A stretch of 64,000 nucleotides of DNA from NCBI GenBank assembly GCA_963662285.2, contig CAXXMV010000002.1:1312001-1376000 (forward strand), in the 5' to 3' direction. Below the pieces are notes generated by a model. That model worked only from the letters and a program-made list of their open reading frames with translations. It was not told the DNA's origin and searched no databases. Below are positions 19,879-29,450 of the stretch, piece by piece. The first letter of the stretch is position 1, and every line of letters starts with the position of its first letter. Both the position numbers and the translations under genes were made by a program. This stretch comes from a bacterium. Lineage in GTDB: Bacteria; Hinthialibacterota; Hinthialibacteria; Hinthialibacterales; Hinthialibacteraceae.

Positions 19879-20640
19879 TTATTGATAAATTTCCCAATTG
19901 CCAGCGGCTGATGGGGCAGCTACTGCGTTTTGATCTAAGAGATCCAGAGACACGCTGCCTGTGCTTTTAAAAGGCGCTTTGCCTTCATCAAAACCATAAC
20001 TTACTAATGTATCTGCTAACGGGGCCTTAGGATTAGCGGCATCGCTATCCAGGTCAGCTTCAGTTAACACAGCGTTGTGAATACGGACGCGATCCATCTT
20101 GGCGGTTACTGGAACCTTGCCTACATCTTCACCACCGACGGTGAAATTTGTTGTTTGTGGTTCACGTGGAACACCTGTTTGTTCAACAAAAGCTTCCATT
20201 ACGCCATCAACATAGAAAGAAACGCCAGCGCCTGGTTCCCAAGCGGCGGCGAGGTGATGCCATTGGCCATCGCCGACAAAGGGAAGTAGTGAGTAACCGC
20301 TGAAAATATCGACTACTCCGAAGAATGTGAAGAGGAATTCACCATTATCAGCGATTCCCATCTTATAGGTGAATCCCCAGGATGCCAAACCAGTCCAATA
20401 GTCGTTGAAAGCGTCAAGTTGAACCCAGCATTCAATCGTGATTGGGCCTTCAATAATATTGAGCAGACCATCAGGATCGTCTGCGCCTAAAGAAGACACG
20501 CCCTTAAATTGAATGGAGAGGTCGCCCACTGCCCCCGACGGGCTGCTTAAACTTGATACTGGTTCCGCTTCCTGGCTGAATCCTGGCACTCCCACCAAGA
20601 CCAGAGCGAAAAGGGTTACTACAAATACAGATGCTTTCAT
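19879..20640 (-). CDS. Secreted LamG/concanavalin A-like domain protein with C-terminal WEIY tail
   Basis: GGAGG RBS and signal peptide from the ATG at 20640; TIECWV, GQWHHLAA, FYVDG and MDRVRIHNAVL LamG motifs. Confidence 0.8.
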   Translation of the reverse strand: MKASVFVVTLFALVLVGVPGFSQEAEPVSSLSSPSGAVGDLSIQFKGVSSLGADDPDGLLNIIEGPITIECWVQLDAFNDYWTGLASWGFTYKMGIADNGEFLFTFFGVVDIFSGYSLLPFVGDGQWHHLAAAWEPGAGVSFYVDGVMEAFVEQTGVPREPQTTNFTVGGEDVGKVPVTAKMDRVRIHNAVLTEADLDSDAANPKAPLADTLVSYGFDEGKAPFKSTGSVSLDLLDQNAVAAPSAAGNWEIYQ

Positions 20641-20751
20641 CAGAAATAAAACCTCCTTGATTAAAATATGCACTGACATTTAATTAAAACAAACTTAATT
20701 TACCAGGAATGATTCAGTGTATCAAGTGAATTCCGTAAAAAAGATTAATTT

Positions 20752-21336
20752 TTATGGCATGGGGAAATCGACTTTAGGGCGTCCGGGAACATAACGACGG
20801 ATGACGCCTATGCTGCGCAGGCCGTTGGACATTTCATAAGGATGCCAATCTGCGGTGCTGGCGCCTTTGTAGGTGACGGAAGGTCCCAAGCCGATGATGA
20901 CTCCTATCGCCTGTTGTCGTGGCCCAAAATCCGGATTGACAGCAGGATCGAAATAATTGGGCGCCAGGCCGGGCCAATATCTATGATCATAGGGATCCCA
21001 ATGATGCTGCAATTTATTTAAGCGCAATTCGCCTTCAAACTGATCTCTTGCAGTCGCGATGTCTTGAAAGGGATCGTACATAAAACTGGACAAATAAGCT
21101 ACTGGAGTAGTCAGCCACCAATTCTGGTTTATCTCGTGCGAGTGGGGAGGGTTGTCATTGTAATCGAACATGTATTGAAGAATGGCCAACTCCATAGTCC
21201 GCTGATCAGCAAGGGAGCGGGAGACCTTGGCGCGCACTTGGGCGTTGAGAAAATTGGGCACGGCGATGGCGGCTAATATTCCAATAATGGCTACGACGAT
21301 CAGCAATTCAATCAGTGTGAATCCTTTGTATCTCAT
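20752..21336 (-). CDS. Prepilin-type N-terminal cleavage/methylation protein
   Basis: KG|FTLIELLIVVAIIGILAAIAVP class III signal. Confidence 0.9.
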   Translation of the reverse strand: MRYKGFTLIELLIVVAIIGILAAIAVPNFLNAQVRAKVSRSLADQRTMELAILQYMFDYNDNPPHSHEINQNWWLTTPVAYLSSFMYDPFQDIATARDQFEGELRLNKLQHHWDPYDHRYWPGLAPNYFDPAVNPDFGPRQQAIGVIIGLGPSVTYKGASTADWHPYEMSNGLRSIGVIRRYVPGRPKVDFPMP

Positions 21337-21432
21337 CTTGATTCTCCTGATAAACTATTGGAATTAAACCTTGGATGTTATGCAAACAATGTATTGATTT
21401 ATTATCTCATGGAATAAAAGGAAAAGTCAAAT

Positions 21433-21472
21433 AAAAAAACGGGATATCCAAGTATTATTCGGATATCCCGTT
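21433..21472 (-). terminator. Intrinsic terminator
   Basis: aacgggatatcc/ggatatcccgtt stem with a T-tract on the minus strand. Confidence 0.8.
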
Positions 21473-21498
21473 CAGTAATTTGTGACACTGCTTTGAAC

Positions 21499-22317
21499 TT
21501 AGCGTTCTTTCACTGCGATGCCCTTAAAGAAAGAGTAATTAAATACCCCATCGGGCGCCTCTGCGGTTTTGCGTAAAGCTTTCATCCCGGCATCCCAGCG
21601 TTTTTCATCGGTGAGTTTCATTTCCAGCGCCCGTTGGTGGACTCCTTCGACCATGGCGCAGATGGTTTTGATGGTGAATCCTTCCACCCATTGGGGGCGG
21701 CTGTGGTCGGCGTAAACAACACGCGGCGTTACGTTGATTTGCTGGAAGCCAGCGTGGTGCAGCAGGGGGTATAATCTGCGTCCGATCAGTGAATCGCCGC
21801 CTAGTTGCGCTTGCGCATCGACCAAACAGTTCCAAACGTGACGCGCATTTTCACTATCTGGATAGAAATAGCAGGAACCATGATCGCCTTCGATAACGGT
21901 CAATGTTCCACCCGGCTTTAATATGGTTTTCAAACGTTGCAGCGCCTCTTCCGGATTGGGTAAGTGTTCCAATACGAAGCAGACAAAAATGTGGTCAAAG
22001 GTATCCGGCGCAAATGGCAATCCAAAAATATTGGCTTGTAAAAACGGGATTAGCGAGTCGCCGCCGCTGACAGCATCTCTGGCGCGATGGATCGACTCCA
22101 TGGAAATATCTAGCGAAGTGATATCGGCCTCGGGGCTGTTTTTTAACAAATTTATAGTCTGCGCTCCGACGCCGCAACCTGCTTCTAATACCCGGCTGCC
22201 TGCAGGGTATCTGGTGTCGTGATGCAGCAGGTCGCTTAATGTATCGGATTGGTCTCGCAAGCGTTGCAATTCGTGTTCAGCATAACCATGGACGTATTCT
22301 ACTGAGGCGTTTGTCAT
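21499..22317 (-). CDS. Class I SAM-dependent methyltransferase
   Basis: VLEAGCGVG motif I, FDHIFVCFVLEH and LKPGG. Probable ATG at 22317 (ORF track TTG at 22329). Confidence 0.88.
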   Translation of the reverse strand: MTNASVEYVHGYAEHELQRLRDQSDTLSDLLHHDTRYPAGSRVLEAGCGVGAQTINLLKNSPEADITSLDISMESIHRARDAVSGGDSLIPFLQANIFGLPFAPDTFDHIFVCFVLEHLPNPEEALQRLKTILKPGGTLTVIEGDHGSCYFYPDSENARHVWNCLVDAQAQLGGDSLIGRRLYPLLHHAGFQQINVTPRVVYADHSRPQWVEGFTIKTICAMVEGVHQRALEMKLTDEKRWDAGMKALRKTAEAPDGVFNYSFFKGIAVKER

Positions 22318-22331
22318 AATATTTTTCAACT

Positions 22332-23525
22332 TTAATTGGTAGTTTTGGCTTTTGAATACTCAAGCAGTCGAGGCCGGATATCTTCGCCGGTTACTTTCTG
22401 GATGGCTTTTACGATTAATTCGATATTTTTTCCAACAATTTCTCCGGAAATAGTTTTTGGTGCGGAATTTATCTGTTCTTCATCATATGGATCAAGTTTC
22501 CTTAATTCGGTAAAAACTTTTTTGATCGTATCCGGCCCATGACGTTTAACCAGTTCTATAATTTCATAAGAAGCGAATAATTCGCGGGCGTTTTTGATAT
22601 ACTGTTGTCGTTGGTCAAATTTTTCATTTGGGGCTTTGTCTCCCGTCCAATGCAATAATTGGATAATATGTTTATTCTTGACGTAAGGCTCAACGTTGAT
22701 AGTTTCCAGATAAATACTGGCGGTTTTTTCTGATACAAAATCGTTCAGAATTCGCCAGGTCAGATATCCCGCCGTCCCGGAGTTGAACCAACGAATGAGA
22801 CGCATAGGGGGATTGCTTTGTTCTTGCACCGCCATCTCAGAGATGGATTTTAATAATACGCTGAGCGGTAAAAAGGTCGCCTTGGAAATATTATCAATAT
22901 TTGATTCAATCGTTTTCTTTGTTTCACTTAAATATTCTTCGGCGTTGTTAGTTTTAATGATTACCGGCATTAGCGGTGAATGGAATTCAATAGGTTTGGA
23001 ATCCTTGATATCATTGGCGTAAAATCCTTGTCCCATGGTCAGTTGGTTTTGCCCGTCTGGTCCTGGAGTATAGGTATAACCGGGGATTGTTCCGCCTCCA
23101 TCTAGATATTTCTTCAAGTCGTCTTTGAGCCATAGTTGGGTATGCCTGAAATCGGGGAATAGTTTGCCTGCGTTTTGAAACTTATGCAGAATTTTATTCA
23201 TCGATTCAGTTAAAGCCTTTGATGGCTTATTGAAAGCCAACTGTTGTTCGATAAAGGTGATTATTTTGCTTTGATTGTCATCTAATTTTTTATAGTCGCG
23301 GTGATAATCGAAAGGATTATCCTTTAATTGTTGACAAAGCCAGGGATGAATCTGTTTGGCCAGCGATTCCAGATGAGGTAGATATTCGACAGTAACGCCA
23401 TTTTTAGTTATTTTTTTCAAAGTTGGAATATCGGATTTTGCGGAAAATGCTTTCGGTAATGTAAAAGCAATTATAAGTAGAGCAATAGTCAGAGGCTTGG
23501 TTATATAGTTTTGTAGTGTTTTCAT
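22332..23525 (-). CDS. Secreted hypothetical protein with a degenerate gluzincin-like segment
   Basis: Signal peptide; RWFNSGTAGY resembles WFxEGxAxY but no HExxH is present. Confidence 0.6.
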   Translation of the reverse strand: MKTLQNYITKPLTIALLIIAFTLPKAFSAKSDIPTLKKITKNGVTVEYLPHLESLAKQIHPWLCQQLKDNPFDYHRDYKKLDDNQSKIITFIEQQLAFNKPSKALTESMNKILHKFQNAGKLFPDFRHTQLWLKDDLKKYLDGGGTIPGYTYTPGPDGQNQLTMGQGFYANDIKDSKPIEFHSPLMPVIIKTNNAEEYLSETKKTIESNIDNISKATFLPLSVLLKSISEMAVQEQSNPPMRLIRWFNSGTAGYLTWRILNDFVSEKTASIYLETINVEPYVKNKHIIQLLHWTGDKAPNEKFDQRQQYIKNARELFASYEIIELVKRHGPDTIKKVFTELRKLDPYDEEQINSAPKTISGEIVGKNIELIVKAIQKVTGEDIRPRLLEYSKAKTTN

Positions 23526-23773
23526 TGTTGTTCCCTTTATAACTTATTTATTAGTAGAACTGAAATATTAATAATGTCCCCCTTTAAAAAACTTCTTATC
23601 GGGTTCACTATCAATCAGGCAGATATATTAGAGTGATTCTCAAAATGATGCGTCTTAAAGCGATAGTTCTCAACCCCGGAAAACGGTTTATTGAACAAAT
23701 TCAGTGCTTTCGATACACGTGAATTTTGGATGTCACTCTAACAAATAATTATTTTAAGTAGATTATAACAAAA

Positions 23774-24454
23774 ATGCATCCCTTTGACGCCTTTAAACAG
23801 AATCCTTTTCCACGTAAACGCTCTTTTATAGAACGATTGGCTGACGTAATAGTATTGAACCGTTTTTTTCTTCGTGAAGGAAAACAAGCGGATATCCGGG
23901 TTGACGACGATGTTATTGTTTCTTCAGCGGAATCAAAAATAGCGGAAATTCAAACGCTGCGCTCTACCGGTGAGATTCATGGTAAACATGCCCTTGGCCG
24001 CCAAGAGAACTATTCGTTTGAAGATATTGTGCATGATGATGCGATGAAAGAGACTTTTGATGGAGGCTTGTGCTTCAATCAATACCTTTCGCCTTTTAAT
24101 ATTCATTACCTTCTTTTCCCCACAGAACTAACGGTTAAGCGTATGGATTATCATCCCGCATTTTGCCGACCCATCGTATTTATGAAATCAGGAGAAACCC
24201 GCAATGAAAGGCTGGTTCTATACTGCGAAGCCAAAAATGGAACGCCGCTGGTTATAGTATTAGTCGGATCATTTCTAGTCAGCGGAATCGAATGCCTGGC
24301 CCATGAAGGCGGCCGATATAAATCCGCTGAACTTATGGGCGGCTTCAAACTGGGTTCCACGGTTATGATGCTTTTCCCCAAAGACACAGTCGAACCAATC
24401 GCCCACGATGGCGATAAACTAATACTCGGCGAACCAATCGCGCGGTTTTTGTGA
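23774..24454 (+). CDS. psd: Phosphatidylserine decarboxylase proenzyme
   Basis: RFFLR, YLSP..IH, RNER and GGFKLGSTV (LG|ST autocleavage site). Confidence 0.8.
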   Translation: MHPFDAFKQNPFPRKRSFIERLADVIVLNRFFLREGKQADIRVDDDVIVSSAESKIAEIQTLRSTGEIHGKHALGRQENYSFEDIVHDDAMKETFDGGLCFNQYLSPFNIHYLLFPTELTVKRMDYHPAFCRPIVFMKSGETRNERLVLYCEAKNGTPLVIVLVGSFLVSGIECLAHEGGRYKSAELMGGFKLGSTVMMLFPKDTVEPIAHDGDKLILGEPIARFL

Positions 24455-24502
24455 TTGGGAGTAATGTTTTTTTCCTCAACCATAACTTTTGATTAACAGA
24501 AT

Positions 24503-24536
24503 TCCCTCCCGGCGGGAGATGGCCAGGGTGAGGGGG
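24503..24536 (+). repeat. REP-like CCCTCTCCC...GGGAGAGGG...GGGTGAGGG element, degenerate copy 1
   Basis: tccctcccggcgggagatggccagggtgaggggg resembles the copies at 45302 and 55500. Confidence 0.65.
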
Positions 24537-24581
24537 AATTTTAATAACACTTGTGCAAAAGCCATGAATTAGAGAATCAAA

Positions 24582-25430
24582 TCAGTTAGGCGCAATGGCG
24601 AAAACTCGCGCCGGGAACCCGGAACCGTTCTTGGGTTTTGGAAAACTTACTACTGCTAATGCGCCAAATTCAGGGAGTTTATCAAGATTTGTCAATAATT
24701 CAATTTGAAATAAATTTTGACTCAGGAAATATTTCTGCAAACTATGGTCGCCTTTACTGACAGCAATGCCCGGATCGGTATACTGTGTTTCGTATCCGAT
24801 AGCGGATATTTCAAATACTTCACATAATATAGTTAATGCTTTCTGGCTCCAGCCAGGGTAATGGGCGACTCCGTTTTCATCTTCATTTTGCATAGCTGCT
24901 TTATCTGGCCATCGTTTGGACCAATCAGTCCGCATAACGACAAAGGCGTCTTCGGGTATTGAGCCATTACGATCCACCCAAGACCAAACGTCTTCTTCAG
25001 TTAATGTATAATCCGGATTATCAAGCACTTTGTTATGCACATCAATCAATACTAAAGGGAGGAACATTTTTTTAACACGTATCTGATCAAGAGTTCTCAA
25101 GTCCGGCGCAAAATAAGAGGGTGCGTTGACATGAGTGCCCCATTGCCCGACATGAGTATAGATTTCTGCAAAAAAACCATTCTCATTTGTTTCTTTCACG
25201 TGTTCATAACGGGTAATAGTTTCTCTTTTTTCTTTCGGGAAAACCGACCAATTAGGGATTCCCGGTTCAAATGAGTGGGTTAAATCGATAAAGTTTTTGG
25301 TCGAGATGATTTCATATAATTCCATCAACGACTTTGGCGGTTCTTCTTTTGGTCGGCTGCATGAAGAGAATATTAAAAGTGCAATTAGGGCTAAAACACT
25401 ATTTGAAATAAATTTTCCACGATTCAACAT
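24582..25430 (-). CDS. Cyclase-family (kynurenine formamidase-like) lipoprotein
   Basis: Lipobox-like FSSC, IDLTHSF, GQWGTHV, MRTDWS, HYPGWS and GSGFPARVFA motifs. Confidence 0.82.
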   Translation of the reverse strand: MLNRGKFISNSVLALIALLIFSSCSRPKEEPPKSLMELYEIISTKNFIDLTHSFEPGIPNWSVFPKEKRETITRYEHVKETNENGFFAEIYTHVGQWGTHVNAPSYFAPDLRTLDQIRVKKMFLPLVLIDVHNKVLDNPDYTLTEEDVWSWVDRNGSIPEDAFVVMRTDWSKRWPDKAAMQNEDENGVAHYPGWSQKALTILCEVFEISAIGYETQYTDPGIAVSKGDHSLQKYFLSQNLFQIELLTNLDKLPEFGALAVVSFPKPKNGSGFPARVFAIAPN

Positions 25431-25517
25431 GATAAATCCCCACGAAGATAAGGAGAATCTGCCTGCATCATTACTATATCCAGAAGTAATAATTGTAAAG
25501 CGGCGCTCAAAAATAAG

Positions 25518-26078
25518 TTATTTTCTCCCGCCTGCACCGAATACAAGTATGTCGCCTTGGCTTACCAGGCCATTACTTGAAGAGTAATCCAGCGCCAGGC
25601 GGTTGTCTTGTAATTCGGAGAGATTATCCGGCCCCTGACTGGCTAGAATATAATGCGGTTTATTGGGCGCCCCGGCGACATTCTCCGCCGCCCAATCCAG
25701 GCGGTCGTCGAACCAATGGCATGGACCTTCATTGATGTAAAAGTATTCTTTGGATGCGAAAGTACTGGTGCGGCTGCCTTCGGCGGTATTGAACGGATCA
25801 ACCGGCGCCACGCTGGTATAGGCGACCGGCGCCCAGATTTCCCCGGCGCGAAATTGAACCGAACCCATTACTTCTAAAGAGCATGAATCGGGGTAAGCGT
25901 TATTATCCATGCGATACATTTCAATAGCGGTTGTCATGGCTTGCAGGTCTGCTTCGACCCGTGCTATTTTAGCGCGAATCTGCGCATTCAGAAAATTGGG
26001 AACGGCAATCGCCGCCAGGATTCCAATAATGGCGACTACGATCAATAACTCAATCAGGGTAAATGCTTGTTTTTTCAT
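25518..26078 (-). CDS. Prepilin-type N-terminal cleavage/methylation protein
   Basis: MKKQA|FTLIELLIVVAIIGILAAIAVP, with a GAGG RBS before the ATG at 26078. Confidence 0.9.
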   Translation of the reverse strand: MKKQAFTLIELLIVVAIIGILAAIAVPNFLNAQIRAKIARVEADLQAMTTAIEMYRMDNNAYPDSCSLEVMGSVQFRAGEIWAPVAYTSVAPVDPFNTAEGSRTSTFASKEYFYINEGPCHWFDDRLDWAAENVAGAPNKPHYILASQGPDNLSELQDNRLALDYSSSNGLVSQGDILVFGAGGRK

Positions 26079-26154
26079 TATGGCCTCGCAATAGAAATAA
26101 TAATGGTTCATCTGGAAAGTGAGTACTTATTGATTAACGAAAAAATTAAAAAAC

Positions 26155-26291
26155 TGTCTGAACCAGGATACCCAGGATGATAGGATTTACATGATGGGCG
26201 CCCAGGATAATCGGATTATCTAAATAGTAAAAACCGTTAATGATAAAAAATCCTGTCCATCCGACAAATCCTGAACATCCTGATTCAGACA
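26155..26291. repeat. Inverted-repeat element (TGTCTGAA...TTCAGACA) with GGAT/ATCC arms, copy 2
   Basis: tgtctgaaccaggatacccaggatgataggat ... atcctgtccatccgacaaatcctgaacatcctgattcagaca. Confidence 0.8.
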
Positions 26292-26358
26292 AAAAAGTAA
26301 TCTAAAAGTACTCAAATTCAATTATTTATTGTAGTGCACCAAGCATTTATCAGGCGTA

Positions 26359-27360
26359 TTAATCCAGAGAAATCTCTGGCAATTGTACTGGTTTGCCGCC
26401 CTGCTCTTTACTGATGTCTGCGTAATACATGAAAGCGTAAATCTCTACAATCTCTTCAGCGGAAATTGGAGGATGTTTGGTTTTGAAGAAATTGGATATC
26501 GCTTCCATCAAGCCTTTATAACTATGTCCTTCAACGGTGGAGTTGCCTTTGGTTCCATAGATGCGGGCGCCGTAATTGTGTTTGCCCGCCCGGAGTCCCC
26601 GGAAAGTTCCGATCCGGCCATCATCCCACACGCCGACAACCACATCGGTATCTTCGGTGTGGGTACGGCTTACTGTTTTGCAACCGGGACCCATGGCGCC
26701 GTATAGCAGCGACATTCCATGTACGCCATACCAGAAAAGATCGGGGTGGCTTTTTTCATAACTGCATGGCGAATAAGCATCGCAGCCCAGCACTTCACCG
26801 ATTTTTTCGGGATCAAGCGCATCACGCATTCCGCTCCACCAACGCAGGCTTGATCCGCCGAACCAGGGGACGTTCGCCTTTTTAGCCAGTTTGGCGATTT
26901 CCAAAACGTCTTCATAACTACCGCCAACCGGTTTATCAACGAAGAAAGGCAGACCGGCTTTGATAACTTCGCGGGCATAGCCCAGATGGGGACGGCCATC
27001 GACGCTTTCAATTAGAACGCCGTCAACATTCTGGCATAATTCCTCAACTGAATCATATATTTTAACTCCCCATTCATCCTGTAATTTCTTGGTATAACCA
27101 TCAACCCGGTCAGCGCTGGATGGAATATCGGCGCTTCCACCTTTGAAGCCAGCCACTACCTTAAAGCCAGGTACGTGTTCGTTGTTGTTTGGATCATTAA
27201 ATATTTGAGTAAAAGCAATAACATGTGATGTATCGAGACCTATCATGCCCAGTCGAAAGGGCGCCTTCTGCGAAGACCCGCTGGCCATAACGCAGTTCGC
27301 CGAACTGATGAGCAGCAGTAAACCTAAAATCATAATAACACTCTTGTTGATCTTAAACAT
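26359..27360 (-). CDS. Secreted Gfo/Idh/MocA oxidoreductase
   Basis: Signal peptide, RLGMIGLDTSH, SVDGRPH, FVDKP and WYGVHG motifs. AGGAG RBS before the ATG at 27360. Confidence 0.85.
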   Translation of the reverse strand: MFKINKSVIMILGLLLLISSANCVMASGSSQKAPFRLGMIGLDTSHVIAFTQIFNDPNNNEHVPGFKVVAGFKGGSADIPSSADRVDGYTKKLQDEWGVKIYDSVEELCQNVDGVLIESVDGRPHLGYAREVIKAGLPFFVDKPVGGSYEDVLEIAKLAKKANVPWFGGSSLRWWSGMRDALDPEKIGEVLGCDAYSPCSYEKSHPDLFWYGVHGMSLLYGAMGPGCKTVSRTHTEDTDVVVGVWDDGRIGTFRGLRAGKHNYGARIYGTKGNSTVEGHSYKGLMEAISNFFKTKHPPISAEEIVEIYAFMYYADISKEQGGKPVQLPEISLD

Positions 27361-27425
27361 TATGTCTTCTCCTTTAAGTTGATTCATTTGTTAAAAAATG
27401 AAAAGTCAAATATTAGTCTATGTCT

Positions 27426-29111
27426 CTACATCCCCGCAATCCAGTAGACCGTTCCGATTAGGGCGGCTACTAATATCCATGCAATTATAAAGCCGATTAT
27501 ATCAATGCGGCTGGGCCAACCGATCTCCCAGTCAGGGTGATTGATGATTTTGCGAGGTGGTTCAGGCTGAGAGTCTTCCGGTACTTCGAACGGTTCAGCG
27601 GGATGCTCGTCGGGCGCTACTGGCGTGTGGAGCGCACGGTATAGCCGGTTTAGTTTGGATGAATCAACCCGTTTGGTGAAAAGGCTGACCACGATCATGG
27701 TTATCAGTCCAACCATCAGATAGATCACCATCTGGTAGGGCAGATAGATGGCGCCGTTATAGAGCATGAACTCGGGCAATTGGTTCGGGCCTAGGCGTCC
27801 GGTGACTATCATGGCTAAAAACGCGGTCAGGGTTGATATCCAGGCGGCTGCCACGGTGGCGCGTCTCCAGAATAATCCTACCCAGAAGGCTATGCCCATC
27901 ATGGCCTGGATTTTCCAGAACAACTCAAGTCCATCAAGGACGCTTTCCAGAGAAAACGCAACAAGGATTCCGACCAAGACGATTAAACCAGCTACTATAC
28001 GTCCAACTTTAACATAATGTTGTTCTGATTTGTTCGGAGCGAAAAAAGGTTTATATACATTTTCAGTGAAGAGCGCCGAACATGCGATCATCCATGCATC
28101 GCATGACGACATTACCGTCGCTAAGAGTGATGCTATGAAAAGGCCAACCAAGCCCGGTAAAATCAGGGGAAGCAGGTCGCGGGCCATCAGGCCGTAGGTC
28201 TGGTCGATTTGCAGCTTTGTACTAAGTCCGGGATACATGGCTATGGCGCAAAGTCCGGTCAGGGTCCAGGCCACCGTGCATACTCGTTTCAGCATATTTC
28301 CATAGCAGAAACCGACGCGGACATCCATCTCGGTTTTACCCGCCGCGCAATTGCCCATGACATGCGGTTGGGTGACTATGCCGACCAGTCCATTGATGGT
28401 GATCATGGTAATATAAAAAACGCCGATTCCTCCGGGAACCACCAGCGAGAACATCTGGGGATCGCTAATGGTCTCTTTTAATCCCGCAATGCCCCCCACT
28501 GTTTGAAGCGCAAATGGAAGAACCAGAAATGAAAGGCATATCGTCAGTATGCCCTGGACGAAGTCGGTAAGGATGGCGGCGCTTAATCCTCCTGCTATGC
28601 CATAGACCACGAACAAAATGGTTACCACAACTACAGCGCCTATTTCATTGATGCTTCCTCCGCTGACGGCGGTAATCATGGAACCGCAGCCTTTGAGCAT
28701 GGTTCCCAGGTTAACTACGGTTTGGAAAATGCCGACGAACGCGAAGAGAGCCGCTACTGATTTGGCATAGCGCAGATCGAAGAAATCCGCTGTTGTCAGC
28801 GCTCTCATACGGCGGAAGATGGGAGGGAATAACCAGTAAAAAGGAGTATTGAATAACCAGAACCACTGGTACCAGATGCCGGATAGTCCATCGGTGTAGG
28901 TTTTGGATGCAACGCTGACCGCCTGGTCGGAATGAGTTCCCGCCCCGAAGGTGAAGAAGACCATAAAGGACTTGCGAAAACGGCGCCCCGCCATGAAATA
29001 ATCGGCGGTATCTTTAACGTATCTTGCGGCGTAGAGACCGATGCAGGTTATCCCGGCGAGATATACCGCTAACACGATCCAATCCCAGACAGTTAACCCA
29101 AAGGCGTTCAT
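27426..29111 (-). CDS. Sodium:solute symporter family protein
   Basis: DYFMAGR, GGL.AAILTDFVQG and LLATVMSS motifs; about 14 TMs. Confidence 0.9.
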   Translation of the reverse strand: MNAFGLTVWDWIVLAVYLAGITCIGLYAARYVKDTADYFMAGRRFRKSFMVFFTFGAGTHSDQAVSVASKTYTDGLSGIWYQWFWLFNTPFYWLFPPIFRRMRALTTADFFDLRYAKSVAALFAFVGIFQTVVNLGTMLKGCGSMITAVSGGSINEIGAVVVVTILFVVYGIAGGLSAAILTDFVQGILTICLSFLVLPFALQTVGGIAGLKETISDPQMFSLVVPGGIGVFYITMITINGLVGIVTQPHVMGNCAAGKTEMDVRVGFCYGNMLKRVCTVAWTLTGLCAIAMYPGLSTKLQIDQTYGLMARDLLPLILPGLVGLFIASLLATVMSSCDAWMIACSALFTENVYKPFFAPNKSEQHYVKVGRIVAGLIVLVGILVAFSLESVLDGLELFWKIQAMMGIAFWVGLFWRRATVAAAWISTLTAFLAMIVTGRLGPNQLPEFMLYNGAIYLPYQMVIYLMVGLITMIVVSLFTKRVDSSKLNRLYRALHTPVAPDEHPAEPFEVPEDSQPEPPRKIINHPDWEIGWPSRIDIIGFIIAWILVAALIGTVYWIAGM

Positions 29112-29344
29112 TTGCGTCAATCTCCTTTTTATTCAGGAGCAATCTAACAGAATTTAGTGGATTAGATAAGAGAGGTAGATTCTGGTCTAAGTTTTACTTC
29201 TTTTAATATATTTTGATCTAAGTATTACTTCCATAGATAGATAGATTCAAATAATTGTTAGTAATTGTAATAAAACTGAACGTCTGTTTACGTGATTTGC
29301 AATGAAAAACAGAAAAAAGTCTTCTGTTTTTAACAAATTCTTAC

Positions 29345-29428
29345 TTGCGTCTATCAAAATAACATGGTAATATCCATAATTACCCAGGTTTTACCCAATT
29401 ACACCCTTGAATTTTCCAATAAAACCCA
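29345..29428 (+). promoter_or_regulatory. dcw promoter (TTGCGT-N17-TAATAT) followed by six ACCCA-like boxes at 10-11 bp period (putative MraZ sites)
   Basis: Boxes start at 29372, 29382, 29393, 29403, 29414 and 29424. Their reverse complement TGGGT resembles MraZ TGGGN repeats. Confidence 0.65.
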
Positions 29429-29450
29429 GATGGAGGGGCGAGTTAAGTAG

